A stretch of DNA of 64,000 bases from an uncultured virus (IMG/VR IMGVR_UViG_3300005530_000001). Taxonomy: Duplodnaviria > Heunggongvirae > Uroviricota > Caudoviricetes. Shown here one piece after another: positions 1 through 9,551 of this stretch. The notes beneath the pieces were generated by a model. That model did not search any database, had not been told where the DNA came from, and saw only the letters and a list, made by a program, of their open reading frames with translations. The stretch lies in IMG/VR virus record IMGVR_UViG_3300005530_000001. One strand, written 5' to 3'. How positions within the stretch are numbered: position 1 is the stretch's first letter; the number at the start of each line of letters is the position of its first letter. The position numbers and the translations under genes are program-made.

Positions 1-121
1 GCCGACGGCGCCCCGGAGGGCTTCGCGCCGTGACCGAGGTCGCCCGCGCGATCCGGGCCTGGGGGCGCATCATCCTCTGGAACCTGCCCCGGGTGGTCTG
101 GCTCTTCCTCCGGAGGCGGCC

Positions 122-535
122 ATGAGCGGCCAGATGTCGCCGCTCGACTTCGTCCTCCCATCGGAGGCGGCCCTGATCGCCCAGGACGCGCTCGGGGTCA
201 CGGCCGATCCGCAACTGGCCCGGCCGATCACCTACCGGCGCTACACGGGCCGCAGCTTCACCCCGAGCACGGGGGCCTGGACCCCGAGCTACGACGTGAG
301 CAGCCTGACCGCGGTGCGCTCGATCCTCTCGGCGGCCGAGGTGGCCGCGGCGGCGGGCGTCTACAAGACGGGCGACGTGCGCTACCTGATCGCCACCGCC
401 GTGCTCGCGGCGCCGCCCGACGATGACGACCAGATCCTCACCGCCGAGGGTGATCTCTTCGATCTGGTGCGCTGGGACACCGATCCGGTCGGGGCCTTCT
501 ACCGGCTGGTGATGCGCCAGGTGAAGGCGGCGTGA
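122..535 (+). CDS. head-tail joining (head closure/stopper-like) protein
   Basis: 137 aa; ITYRR..G.F.P.TG / GD.RYLI / P..DD.I pattern typical of head-closure proteins; GGAGG upstream. Confidence 0.6.
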   Translation: MSGQMSPLDFVLPSEAALIAQDALGVTADPQLARPITYRRYTGRSFTPSTGAWTPSYDVSSLTAVRSILSAAEVAAAAGVYKTGDVRYLIATAVLAAPPDDDDQILTAEGDLFDLVRWDTDPVGAFYRLVMRQVKAA

Positions 536-1236
536 GCACCCCGCCCCCCTTCCGCGCGGTCTCGCGCCCCCGGGTGGCGGGCGTCGTCTGCGTGCTCAAC
601 CGCGGCGAGGTCGACTGGGGCCTGGCGCTCTGGCTGCGGGCGCTCCCCGCCGACGTGCACGTGATCGGCCCCAAGGGCAACTCGATCCCGCGCCAGCGCA
701 ACCTCGGGGTGGCCCACACCGCCGGGGACTGGGTCCTCTTCGTGGACAGCGACTGCCAGCCGCCCCCGCACACGCTCGATCAGTTGCTGCAGTGGCGCGT
801 CGACATCGTCGGCGGCGTCGTGCTCGAACGCTTCCCGCCGCACCGGGTGGCGGCGATGCGCACGATGGAGCCGCCCGTGCGCTGGCTCTTGCAGGACCTG
901 CCGCTCTCGGGCTTGGAGGCCGTGCCCGCCATGGGGACGGGCTGCCTGCTGGTCCGCCGTCCCGTGTTCGAGCGGCTGGAGATGCCGTGGTTTCGCTGCG
1001 GCCAGGTGCCGACCTGCGAGGACCTCTTGCTAGAGGACTTCGAGTTCGGCCTGCGCTGCGGCAAGGCCGGGCTCACCACGTTCCTCGACTGCGGCCTGCG
1101 CGTCGGCCACCGCGTGCAGGCCACGCTCTGGCCGGGCCGAGACGGCAAGCCCTGGGTGCAGTGGGACGGCGGCGCGGTCGACAGCCGGGCGCCGCTGGAG
1201 GATCTCATCAGCATCGGCGAGACGGCGTGGACATGA
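532..1236 (+). CDS. GT2-like (GT-A fold) glycosyltransferase
   Basis: RN.GV...GDWVLFVDSD (DxD), GTGCLLVRR.VFE, PWF, ED..F, GH motifs; GTGA overlap with upstream gene. Confidence 0.85.
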   Translation: MSTPPPFRAVSRPRVAGVVCVLNRGEVDWGLALWLRALPADVHVIGPKGNSIPRQRNLGVAHTAGDWVLFVDSDCQPPPHTLDQLLQWRVDIVGGVVLERFPPHRVAAMRTMEPPVRWLLQDLPLSGLEAVPAMGTGCLLVRRPVFERLEMPWFRCGQVPTCEDLLLEDFEFGLRCGKAGLTTFLDCGLRVGHRVQATLWPGRDGKPWVQWDGGAVDSRAPLEDLISIGETAWT

Positions 1237-1709
1237 TGATCCTCCACAGCCGCCTGCCCCGCAATCGTGAGCACGAGGGCCAGTTCTGGGTCGAGGCCGA
1301 GGGGCGGACGCTGCTCGGGCCCTGGCGCTGCCGCGGCGAAGCGGACAACCAGAATGCCGCCCGGGCCAACAACGTGATCGAGGACCCGACGCGCGTCGGC
1401 GGCGATCACCCGGCCGGGACCTACCGGCTCGTCAAGGCCGTCTCGTTTCATCCGACAGACACCGCGCACTTCCCCACCTTCGGGCCCTGGTTCTTTCTCC
1501 TGGACCCGCTCGACGGAGAAGCGCTGGTCGCCAAGCAGCAGGGGCGCACCGGCCTCGGCCTGCATGGCGGCGCCCCGGGCCCCGGCGACATGCTCCGGGC
1601 GACCTACGGCTGCCTGCGGCTCTTCAACGACGGCGTGCTGCGGCTGGCGGGGCTCATCCTTCCGCTGCCGCCGGACCTGCACTACATCTGCGAGGTGCTC
1701 GCCGGATGA
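1233..1709 (+). CDS. L,D-transpeptidase (YkuD/Tlde1-like) family protein, putative lysin
   Basis: P.GTY and GLHGG...ATYGCLRL (His/Cys catalytic motif); start re-called at ATG 1233 (ATGA overlap). Confidence 0.75.
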   Translation: MMILHSRLPRNREHEGQFWVEAEGRTLLGPWRCRGEADNQNAARANNVIEDPTRVGGDHPAGTYRLVKAVSFHPTDTAHFPTFGPWFFLLDPLDGEALVAKQQGRTGLGLHGGAPGPGDMLRATYGCLRLFNDGVLRLAGLILPLPPDLHYICEVLAG

Positions 1710-2029
1710 GCGAGTTCTTGATCTTCGCCGCCTTCGTCACCCGGACCATGGCCGTCGTGTTCCTGGCCCTGCTCTGGTTCTACTTCAAGCGGTCGGACGG
1801 GCACCTGGTGTCCTCCTTCCGCCAGATGTTCCTCTGCTTCTGGTTCCTGCTCGCGTGGGTCGAGATTGCCTCCATCGCCGAAATCGTCGGCTTCATCGAG
1901 CAGGCGCACGCCACCGTTGAGTACAGCGCCAACTGGATCTGGATTCCCAACCTGATCATCGACATCGGGGCGGGACGCCTCCTCTGGCATCTCTACAAGC
2001 ACGCGCGGGGAGGCCGCCACCATGGCTAG
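1706..2029 (+). CDS. membrane protein (about 3 TM), holin candidate
   Basis: three hydrophobic stretches, basic C-terminus, directly after the putative lysin. Confidence 0.5.
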   Translation: MSEFLIFAAFVTRTMAVVFLALLWFYFKRSDGHLVSSFRQMFLCFWFLLAWVEIASIAEIVGFIEQAHATVEYSANWIWIPNLIIDIGAGRLLWHLYKHARGGRHHG

Positions 2030-2396
2030 CCGATCGGCCGTGATCCGCCGCACGCCGTTCCAGGACTTCATCGCGCCGGGACGGCGCCGCACCGACAACC
2101 CGCTGGTGGTCGGGACCATCTTTCTCTGCGTGATCCTGATCACCATCGCCGCGGGGGCGCAGATCGTCTGCATGATCTGGTTCGGCAACCAGTTGAAACT
2201 CGCCGCAGGCGTGGCCCGTGCGCGTGAAGCGAAGAGCGACGTGATCCGCCAGGCGCTGTTCAAGAACACCGAGTCCCAGGCCATCGTCCTCCGACGTCTC
2301 TGCCTGAACACTGCAAAGACGGATGACGACAAGAAGGAGTGCCTGACGGTGGGGCCGGTCCTCACCATTGAGGTCAAGCCTCATGGGGAGAAGTAG
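2022..2396 (+). CDS. single-TM membrane protein
   Basis: hydrophobic LVVGTIFLCVILITIAAGAQIVCMIWF segment; GGAGG RBS. Confidence 0.55.
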   Translation: MASRSAVIRRTPFQDFIAPGRRRTDNPLVVGTIFLCVILITIAAGAQIVCMIWFGNQLKLAAGVARAREAKSDVIRQALFKNTESQAIVLRRLCLNTAKTDDDKKECLTVGPVLTIEVKPHGEK

Positions 2397-2399
2397 CGG

Positions 2400-2717
2400 A
2401 TGCCCGCGACGAAGCCGATCCGGAAGCCGTCTGATCCCGTGGCCATGCCGCCGCTGGACGGGGCGCCCTGGTACGTCAAGCTCGGGATCTGGCTCCTGGT
2501 CTGGTTCGGGTTCCCGGTCTTCATGTGCGTGTTCTTCCTCATGCTGATCGTGGGATACATCCCCTCGCCGATGACGGAGACCAAGGCGCTCATGGCCGAC
2601 CATATCCGGGACATGCAGCGCGTGATGGCCTACGTCGACACCTCGACGCGGATCTCCCGCCAGATCTGCCGGAACACCGCGAGCAATCCCGTGGAGCGTG
2701 GCGAATGCGATCGCTGA
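2400..2717 (+). CDS. membrane protein, holin-like
   Basis: long hydrophobic segment followed by amphipathic tail ending ICRN...C. Confidence 0.55.
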   Translation: MPATKPIRKPSDPVAMPPLDGAPWYVKLGIWLLVWFGFPVFMCVFFLMLIVGYIPSPMTETKALMADHIRDMQRVMAYVDTSTRISRQICRNTASNPVERGECDR

Positions 2718-3145
2718 GGCACGGCCTGCTCGCGGCCCTGCTGCTGGTCTCCGTGGCGGGGGCGCAGGTGCCCCTGCCCTACGACATCACCGTGCGGGAA
2801 GATGCCGACGGCGTCCTCGTGTCGATTGGGGATCTGCGCGAGCGGCCGATCCCGGCGACGATCGCCACCGCGGTCGGCTTCCTGGTGGACTGGCGCCGCG
2901 GGCGGCTGCCGAGCACCCTGCCGGTCACCGTGGGCGGCATCGCGCACCCCCTCGGCAGCGTCACGCTCGGGCTGCCGATCCGCGGGCTCACGCTCCTGGC
3001 AGAGACGGATACCACCGCGCTGGTGGGGTTCGGGGCGGTCACCGTGCACACCCCCGCGGGATCTCTGACAGGACCGGGCACGCTCGCTCTGCGGCGCGAC
3101 GCGCCCGATGCGCGCTGGCAGGTGGCCAGCGTCGAGGTGCGCTGA
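2705..3145 (+). CDS. hypothetical protein with signal-peptide-like N-terminus
   Basis: start re-called at 2705 (MRSLRHGLLAALLLVSVAGA); GGAG upstream; TGA overlaps next ATG. Confidence 0.55.
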   Translation: MRSLRHGLLAALLLVSVAGAQVPLPYDITVREDADGVLVSIGDLRERPIPATIATAVGFLVDWRRGRLPSTLPVTVGGIAHPLGSVTLGLPIRGLTLLAETDTTALVGFGAVTVHTPAGSLTGPGTLALRRDAPDARWQVASVEVR

Positions 3146-3480
3146 TGGCGACGGTGACCCCGAAGGCGCTGCTCGACGGCACGCTACTGGCCAACTCGAT
3201 TGCGACCCTCTACGTGGTCCCCGCCGCGATGTCGGCCGTCGTGCGCTCGATCACCCTGTGTAATACGGACTCGGTGGATCACGCGGTCACGCTGCACTTC
3301 GTGCCGTTCGCGGGCTCTCCCTCCGGCGCCACCATGATCCTCAATGCCCTCCCGATCAAGGCCGGGCAGACCATCGAGGATGATCTACTCCGCGTGCTGG
3401 GGACCGGCGGGTCGATCCGGGCATTCGCCGACGCCGCCAACGCGGTGTCGATGCGCGTGGACGGCTCCGAGGTGACATGA
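3145..3480 (+). CDS. small beta-rich virion structural protein (fibre-associated)
   Basis: TLYVVP....VVRSITLCNTD...VTL pattern; coupled to the fibre gene; start re-called at 3145. Confidence 0.6.
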   Translation: MATVTPKALLDGTLLANSIATLYVVPAAMSAVVRSITLCNTDSVDHAVTLHFVPFAGSPSGATMILNALPIKAGQTIEDDLLRVLGTGGSIRAFADAANAVSMRVDGSEVT

Positions 3481-6400
3481 GCCTGCGGTATCTCCCCGAC
3501 CCGCTCTCGGACGCCATCTCCGCGATCAGCGGCTCCGTCTCGGCCGAGGCCTCGGCGCGGGTGGCGGCCGATGCCAACGAGGCCTCCGTGCGGGCCGCGG
3601 CCGACGACGTCCTGTCCAATGCCATCAGTGCCGTCAGCCAGGCGGTCTCGGCCGAGGCGGGCGCGCGCGGGGCGGCGGACGCGAGTGAGGCCAGCGCCCG
3701 CGCGGCCAAGGACGACAGTCTCTCCAACGCCATCTCGGCCGTGAGTCAGGCCGTGAGTGCCGAGGGGAGTGCGCGGGCGGCCAAGGACGACCTCCTGAGC
3801 CAGGCGATCAGCGTGGTCAGCCAGGCGGTCTCGGCCGTGCTCTCGGCCCTGCTGATCGTGAGCGCCCTGGTGAGCACCGCCCAAGCGACGGGCGATCGCG
3901 CCTCCAACGCCGCCAGCGTGATCAGCCAAGCCGTGAGCGTGGAAACCGCGGCGCGCGTGGCGGCCGACGCGGCGCTCGCGACGCGGATCGACACCCAGAG
4001 TCAGGGCGTCTCGGTCCTCAGCCAACAGGTCAGCGCCCTCAGTCAATCGCTCTCCGCGCAGGCGGCGGGTCTGTCCACGCGCATCGACACGGCGAGCAAT
4101 GCCGCCTCCGTCGTGAGCCAGGCGGTCTCGGCGCTGAGCACGCAACTGTCGCTTCAGGTCAGCGCGCTCTCGCAGGCTCATAGCGCCCTCTCGCAGAGCC
4201 TGTCGGCGCAGGCCGCGGCGCTGTCGGGTCGCATCGACACCCAAAGCCAAGGGGTCAGCGTCCTGAGTCAGCAGGTGAGCGTCCTGAGCCAGCAACTCTC
4301 GGCCCTCTCGCAGGCGCACAGCGCCCTCAGCGCGGCCCACACCTCGCTGGTGGATCGGGTCTCGGCCAATTCCGGCACGGGGGGCAGCGGCAGCGTGACC
4401 TCGCAGGAGGTGAGCGCGGCCGTCGCGGCCGAAACGTCCAACCGTATCAGCGCGGATACGGCGCTTTCGACCGCCATCAGCGCCGTCAGCCAGCAGCTAT
4501 CGCTCCAGGTGTCGGCGCTCTCCCAGGTGGTCAGTGCCCTGTCCAACCGTCTGAGCAACCTCTCGGACCGGGTCTCGGCCCTGGAGGCAGCCCCGCCCGG
4601 CTCGGCCAGCGTCACGTCCGCCGAGTACCTCTCGCTGGTCAACCGGGTCTCGGCCAACAGCGTGGCCGCCACCGGTAGCGTGACCTCGGCCGAAGTCGTG
4701 GACGCGGTGTCCGTGGAAACGGCCAACCGGGTGGCGGCCGACAACGCCCTCTCCGGCGCCATCAGCGCCGTGAGCCAGCAACTGTCGCTCCAGGTGTCGG
4801 CGCTCAGTCAGGTCCATTCCGCCCTCAGCGCCAACGTAGCCGGGCTCAGCACGAATCTGTCCGCGCTGTCGACTGCCGTCTCCGTGCTGTCGGCCACGCT
4901 GTCGACGCAGGTCTCGGCCCTGAGTCAGGTGCACTCGGCCCTCAGCGCCAACGTGGCCGGGCTCAGTACCAACGTCTCCGCGCTCTCGACGCGGCTGTCG
5001 GCCCTCTCGGCCATCGTGTCGACTACGGCCAGCGCGCTCAGCCAGCAGATCAGTGTCGTCTCGAACGCGGCGAGCAACGCACTCTCGGTCGCGAATGCCG
5101 CCAGCAACGCGGCGAGCGTGGTCAGCCAAGCTCTGTCCGCGGAAACCGCGGCGCGCGTGGCGGCCGACAACGCCCTGTCCGGGCGCATCGACACGCAATC
5201 ACAGGGCGTGTCGGTGCTCAGTCAGCAGGTCTCGGCCCTCAGCCAGCAGATTTCGGTGCTGAGCCAGCAGGTGAGCGCCATCAGTGCCCTGGGGCCGCTC
5301 GTCACCTTGCAGAACGTGGACGCCTCTGCGGTCTCGGCGGGCACACCCGTCTACGCCTTCACCAGCGCCAACACCTTCAAGAAAGCCAATGCCAGCGCGG
5401 TCGCCACGAAGCCCGTGCTCGGCCTGGTTCTCGACGCCGCCATCGGCGTGTCGGCGACGGGGCGCGTGCAAACCGACGGCCTGGTCACCTTGACCACGGG
5501 GCAGTGGGATGCGGTCACGGGCGGCACGGGCGGCCTGACGCCGGGCAGTCTCTACTACCTGGATGTCGCCGCGGGGCTCCTGACCGCCACCGCGCCGAGC
5601 ACGGGCGCCGTGCGGCCGGTCGGCGTGGCCCTGAGCCCCACCGCCCTGCGCCTGACCCTGGCCATGGTCGATGACCCGACCTCCGCGCTGAGCACGCTCT
5701 CCACCGCGGCCTCGAATGCCCTCTCCGTGGCCAACGCGGCGAGCCAGGCCGCCAGCGTGGTCAGTCAGGCGCTGTCGGCAGAAACGGCGGCCCGGATCAG
5801 CGCCGACAACGCGCTGAGCGGGGCTATTTCGGCGGTGAGCCAGCAACTCTCGCTGCAGATGTCCGCCATCTCCCAGGCCCACAGTGCGCTCAGTCAGCAG
5901 GTCTCGGCCCTGAGCCAGAGCCTCTCCAGCCAGGCCGCGGGCCTCTCGGTCCGGATCGATACCGCCTCGAACGCGGCGAGCATCGTCTCCACGGCGGTCA
6001 GTGCGCTGAGCGTGCAGCTATCCCTCCAGGTCTCGGCCCTCTCGCAGCGGGTGTCGGTGCTGAGCCAGCAGGTGAGCGCCCTCTCGCAGACGGTGTCGGC
6101 GGGCGATGCCGCGCTGTCGGTGCGGATCGACACGCAATCGCAAGGCGTCTCGGTCCTCAGCCAGCAGGTGAGCGTGCTGAGCCAGCAGGTCTCCGCGCTG
6201 TCGGCCGCCCACGTCTCCCTGGTCAACCGCGTGTCCGCCAACAGTGCAGTGGCGGCGGGCAGCGTCACCTCCGCGGAAGTGGTCGACGCGGTCTCGGTGG
6301 AGAACGCGGGACGGGTCTCAGCCGACAACGCGCTGAGCACGCTGGTCAGTGCGCTCAGCCAGCAACTCTCGCTCCAGATCAGCGCGATGAGCCAGGCCCA

Positions 6401-8198
6401 TTCGGCGCTCTCCGCGGCCCATGCTTCCTTGGTGAATCGGGTGTCCGCCAATAGCGGAACGGGCGGGGCGGGCAGCGTCACCTCGACGGAACTGAGCGTC
6501 GAGACCGCCGCGCGGGTGGCGGCCGACGATGCGCTCTCCAACGCCATCAGCGCGGTCAGCCAGCAGTTGTCGCTGCAAATTTCCGCCATCAGTCAGGTGC
6601 ACTCGGCCTTGAGCCAGGCGGTGTCGGTGCTCTCGGCGCGGGCCGATACTATCAGCAACGCGGTCAGCCTCGTAAGCACCGCGGCCAGCGCGGTCAGTCA
6701 GCAGTTGTCGCTGCAAGTTAGTGCGCTGAGCCAGGTGCACTCGGCCTTGAGCGCGAACGTGGCGACCATCTCCACCAATGCCTCGGCGATGTCGACCGCC
6801 ATCAGCGCCCTCAGCGTGCAGCTATCGCTCCAGGTCTCGGCGCTCTCGCAGCGCGTGTCGGTCCTGAGCCAGCAGGTCTCCGCCCTCTCGCAGAGCGTGA
6901 GCAGCCAGGCCGCGGGCCTCTCGGTCCGGATCGACACCCAGAGCCAGGGCATCAGTGTGCTGAGCCAGCAGGTCAGTGTGCTGAGTCAGGCGCTCTCGGC
7001 GCTCAGCCAGGGGGTGAGCACGCTGTCCGCGGCCCACGCCTCGCTGGTCAATCGCGTCTCCGCCAACAGCGGCACCGGGGGCGGGGGCAGCGTGACGTCC
7101 ACCGAGGTGGTGCAGACCGTTTCGGCGATCGGGGCGCTGTCGGTCCAGAACCTCGACAGCGTGACGCTCTCGGCGGGCATGCCCGTGGTGGCCTTCACCT
7201 CGGCACGCACCATCAAGCGGGGCGCGGCCAGCGCGGGCGGCACGCGATTTGTGATCGGCCTGGTGCAGGACGGCTCGGTGGCGGTCTCGGCCAACACGAC
7301 CGTGCGGTTCGGTGGCGTCATGGCCCTGACCACCGCGCAGTGGGACTCGATCACGGGCGGCTCGGGGGGCCTCACCGCGGGGACCGTCTACTACCTGGGC
7401 ACCACGATCGGCACGCTGACGGCGACGCCTCCGGCCCCGCCGAACTTCGCGCGGCCGGTGGGCGTGGCGGTCAGCACGACCGAACTCAAGCTGACGCTGG
7501 CGGCGGCGGACGACTGGATCAACTACGTCAGCGACGCCCTCTCGGCCATCTCGCAGCAGGTATCGGTGCTCTCGCAGCAGATGTCCGTCCTCTCGCAGGC
7601 CGCCTCAGTGTTGAGCCAGACGCTCTCGGGGCTGTCGGCCAAGGCCGATACCATCTCGAATGCCCTGTCGGCCTTGTCCCAGGCCGCCTCGGTGCTCTCG
7701 AACGTGATCTCGGCCACCGGCGGGTTCGTCCAGCGCGAACTGACGGGGACCGTGGTGGTCTCGGCGGGGGCGCTGTCCAACGTCAGCGGGATGAGTTGGA
7801 CGGTGTCGGCCGGGAACGTCTACAACATGCACGGCATCGTGCTGTTCAACGTGTCGGCCGTCACCGTCCCCGGTCTGGGGTTCGGACTGTCCTACCCCGC
7901 CATGACTCGGGCCTTCGGCAAGATGGAGATGGCGGTCTCGGTCGGGCAGCAAGCGGCTGCCGCACCGAAGACGGGGATGTATACCGGCTATTTCAACGCG
8001 GGCCACTCCAACACGGCCATCGTCTCGACCACTTCGACCTGGGGCGGCGCGATCGCCTCGGTCCGCGGGCTCTTCATCGATGCCGTATTTATGGTGAGTA
8101 CCACTGGCACTATTCAACTGCTCGCGAAAGGAAATGCGGGCGTCAGTGCCATCAACGTCCTGCCCGGCTCGTTCGTTCGAGTCTACAAGGTTGGGTGA
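3477..8198 (+). CDS. long Ser/Ala-rich coiled-coil fibre protein with two globular (cement/DUF2190-like) inserts and a C-terminal beta head
   Basis: 1573 aa; SALSQQV-type heptads; repeated RIDTQSQG and SLVNRVSANS..GSVTS.E knuckles; duplicated GGLT.G..YYL...G.LTAT.P domain. Confidence 0.75.
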   Translation: MSLRYLPDPLSDAISAISGSVSAEASARVAADANEASVRAAADDVLSNAISAVSQAVSAEAGARGAADASEASARAAKDDSLSNAISAVSQAVSAEGSARAAKDDLLSQAISVVSQAVSAVLSALLIVSALVSTAQATGDRASNAASVISQAVSVETAARVAADAALATRIDTQSQGVSVLSQQVSALSQSLSAQAAGLSTRIDTASNAASVVSQAVSALSTQLSLQVSALSQAHSALSQSLSAQAAALSGRIDTQSQGVSVLSQQVSVLSQQLSALSQAHSALSAAHTSLVDRVSANSGTGGSGSVTSQEVSAAVAAETSNRISADTALSTAISAVSQQLSLQVSALSQVVSALSNRLSNLSDRVSALEAAPPGSASVTSAEYLSLVNRVSANSVAATGSVTSAEVVDAVSVETANRVAADNALSGAISAVSQQLSLQVSALSQVHSALSANVAGLSTNLSALSTAVSVLSATLSTQVSALSQVHSALSANVAGLSTNVSALSTRLSALSAIVSTTASALSQQISVVSNAASNALSVANAASNAASVVSQALSAETAARVAADNALSGRIDTQSQGVSVLSQQVSALSQQISVLSQQVSAISALGPLVTLQNVDASAVSAGTPVYAFTSANTFKKANASAVATKPVLGLVLDAAIGVSATGRVQTDGLVTLTTGQWDAVTGGTGGLTPGSLYYLDVAAGLLTATAPSTGAVRPVGVALSPTALRLTLAMVDDPTSALSTLSTAASNALSVANAASQAASVVSQALSAETAARISADNALSGAISAVSQQLSLQMSAISQAHSALSQQVSALSQSLSSQAAGLSVRIDTASNAASIVSTAVSALSVQLSLQVSALSQRVSVLSQQVSALSQTVSAGDAALSVRIDTQSQGVSVLSQQVSVLSQQVSALSAAHVSLVNRVSANSAVAAGSVTSAEVVDAVSVENAGRVSADNALSTLVSALSQQLSLQISAMSQAHSALSAAHASLVNRVSANSGTGGAGSVTSTELSVETAARVAADDALSNAISAVSQQLSLQISAISQVHSALSQAVSVLSARADTISNAVSLVSTAASAVSQQLSLQVSALSQVHSALSANVATISTNASAMSTAISALSVQLSLQVSALSQRVSVLSQQVSALSQSVSSQAAGLSVRIDTQSQGISVLSQQVSVLSQALSALSQGVSTLSAAHASLVNRVSANSGTGGGGSVTSTEVVQTVSAIGALSVQNLDSVTLSAGMPVVAFTSARTIKRGAASAGGTRFVIGLVQDGSVAVSANTTVRFGGVMALTTAQWDSITGGSGGLTAGTVYYLGTTIGTLTATPPAPPNFARPVGVAVSTTELKLTLAAADDWINYVSDALSAISQQVSVLSQQMSVLSQAASVLSQTLSGLSAKADTISNALSALSQAASVLSNVISATGGFVQRELTGTVVVSAGALSNVSGMSWTVSAGNVYNMHGIVLFNVSAVTVPGLGFGLSYPAMTRAFGKMEMAVSVGQQAAAAPKTGMYTGYFNAGHSNTAIVSTTSTWGGAIASVRGLFIDAVFMVSTTGTIQLLAKGNAGVSAINVLPGSFVRVYKVG

Positions 8199-9550
8199 TG
8201 ACCACGGCCCCCATGCGGAAGCTCGACGCCAGCCAGCCCCAGAAGGTCTCGTATTGCATCCCGCTCTGGCTCCGGGATGAACAGATTCGCGCCAACATCA
8301 AGCGCGTGGCGGGCCGGATCGAGGGCTATCCGGAAGGGCAGACACGCCCAGATTCGGTAGCTGTGGTGTGCTTCGGGCCCAGCCTGAACGACACCTGGGA
8401 GCAGGTGCGGGACTTCAAGTACATCATCTCCTGTTCGGGCAGCCACAAGTTCCTGGTGGAGCGCGACATCATCCCGACCTGGCACGTCGAGGTAGATCCT
8501 CGCGAGCACAAATGCACGCTGCTCGGCGTCCCGCATCCGGACGTGGAGTATCTGATCGCCTCGTGCTGCCACCCCAAGGTGATCGAGATGCTGCAGGGCT
8601 TCAACCTGAAGCTCTGGCACGTCTTCGACGACGCCGAGGAGGGCCAGCGCATTCTGCCGCCGGGCGAGTGGGCGATCACCGGGGGCATCAACGTGGGGCT
8701 GCGGGCCATGGCGCTGGGCCGTTTTCTGGGGTTCACCGACCTGCACATCTTCGGGATGGACGGCTGCGAAGGGAAGAGCGGCAAGCACGCGGCGCCCCAT
8801 CCGAACCAGGCCGTGGAGTCGATGGAGACCGAGTACAACGGGGTGCCCTACCGCACGACCCCGGCGTTTCTCGAAGCCGCGCGCCAGACGTGGCACGAGT
8901 TGGACATGCTGCCTGACGTGACCGCGACCTTCCACGGGGAGGGGCTGGTGCAGGCCATGGCCAAGGACTACCACCGGACGACGGTGGGCACCAAGGCCAA
9001 TCTCGCCATCGCGAAGCCGGAACTCATCTCGGAAGGCTTCCGCGCCCTGAACCGCCAATTGCACGAAGACCGCCTGGACTACGGAGTCGGCGGGCAGCGC
9101 CACGTCCCCACCGTATTGAAGCTGGTGGAGAGCCTCGGCAAGTCCCTGGGGCGACAGGTGTCGGTCCTCGACTATGGCTGCGGCAAGGGCTATCTCGCCA
9201 AGGGCCTGCCGTTCCCGGTCTACGAGTACGATCCGGCCATCCCGGGCAAGGAGGTCATGGCCCGGCCCGCAGACCTGGTGGTCTGCACGGATGTGCTGGA
9301 GCACATCGAGCCGGACAAGCTGTTCCTGGTGCTGGGCGACCTGCGGCGCTGCGTGAAGCAGGTGGGGTACTTCACGATCCACATGGGCCCGGCCAAGAAG
9401 TGCTACGCCGACGGGCGGAACACGCATCTCATCCAGAACGGCTACGAGTGGTGGAAGGGCAAGCTCGCCAAGTTCTTCACCGTTGGGAAGATCTTCGTGA
9501 AGGGCCCGGAACTGCACGTGATGGTGGGGCCGAAGAAGAAGCCGAAGTGA
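8198..9550 (+). CDS. Maf/DUF115 (MptE-like, GT42-related) glycosyltransferase fused to a class I SAM methyltransferase
   Basis: N-half VVCFGPSL, YLIASCCHP, GG.NVG.RA..L...LGF..LHIFGMD; C-half VLDYGCGKG, DLVVCTDVLEHI; start re-called at 8198. Confidence 0.75.
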   Translation: MTTAPMRKLDASQPQKVSYCIPLWLRDEQIRANIKRVAGRIEGYPEGQTRPDSVAVVCFGPSLNDTWEQVRDFKYIISCSGSHKFLVERDIIPTWHVEVDPREHKCTLLGVPHPDVEYLIASCCHPKVIEMLQGFNLKLWHVFDDAEEGQRILPPGEWAITGGINVGLRAMALGRFLGFTDLHIFGMDGCEGKSGKHAAPHPNQAVESMETEYNGVPYRTTPAFLEAARQTWHELDMLPDVTATFHGEGLVQAMAKDYHRTTVGTKANLAIAKPELISEGFRALNRQLHEDRLDYGVGGQRHVPTVLKLVESLGKSLGRQVSVLDYGCGKGYLAKGLPFPVYEYDPAIPGKEVMARPADLVVCTDVLEHIEPDKLFLVLGDLRRCVKQVGYFTIHMGPAKKCYADGRNTHLIQNGYEWWKGKLAKFFTVGKIFVKGPELHVMVGPKKKPK

Positions 9551-9551
9551 C

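Noticed and set aside
7340..8197. 736-aa ORF starting at 7340 and similar long upstream extensions (792, 23455, 53640, 55311, 58608; 47125 on minus)
   Set aside because: Extensions are off-frame overlaps of real genes, Arg/Gly/Pro-rich shadows of high-GC DNA; starts were re-called at coupled ATG/GTG codons
3477..8198. Flagellin, chemoreceptor or second tape measure protein
   Set aside because: Lacks flagellin terminal and MCP hairpin motifs; a bona fide TMP follows the chaperone at 15012
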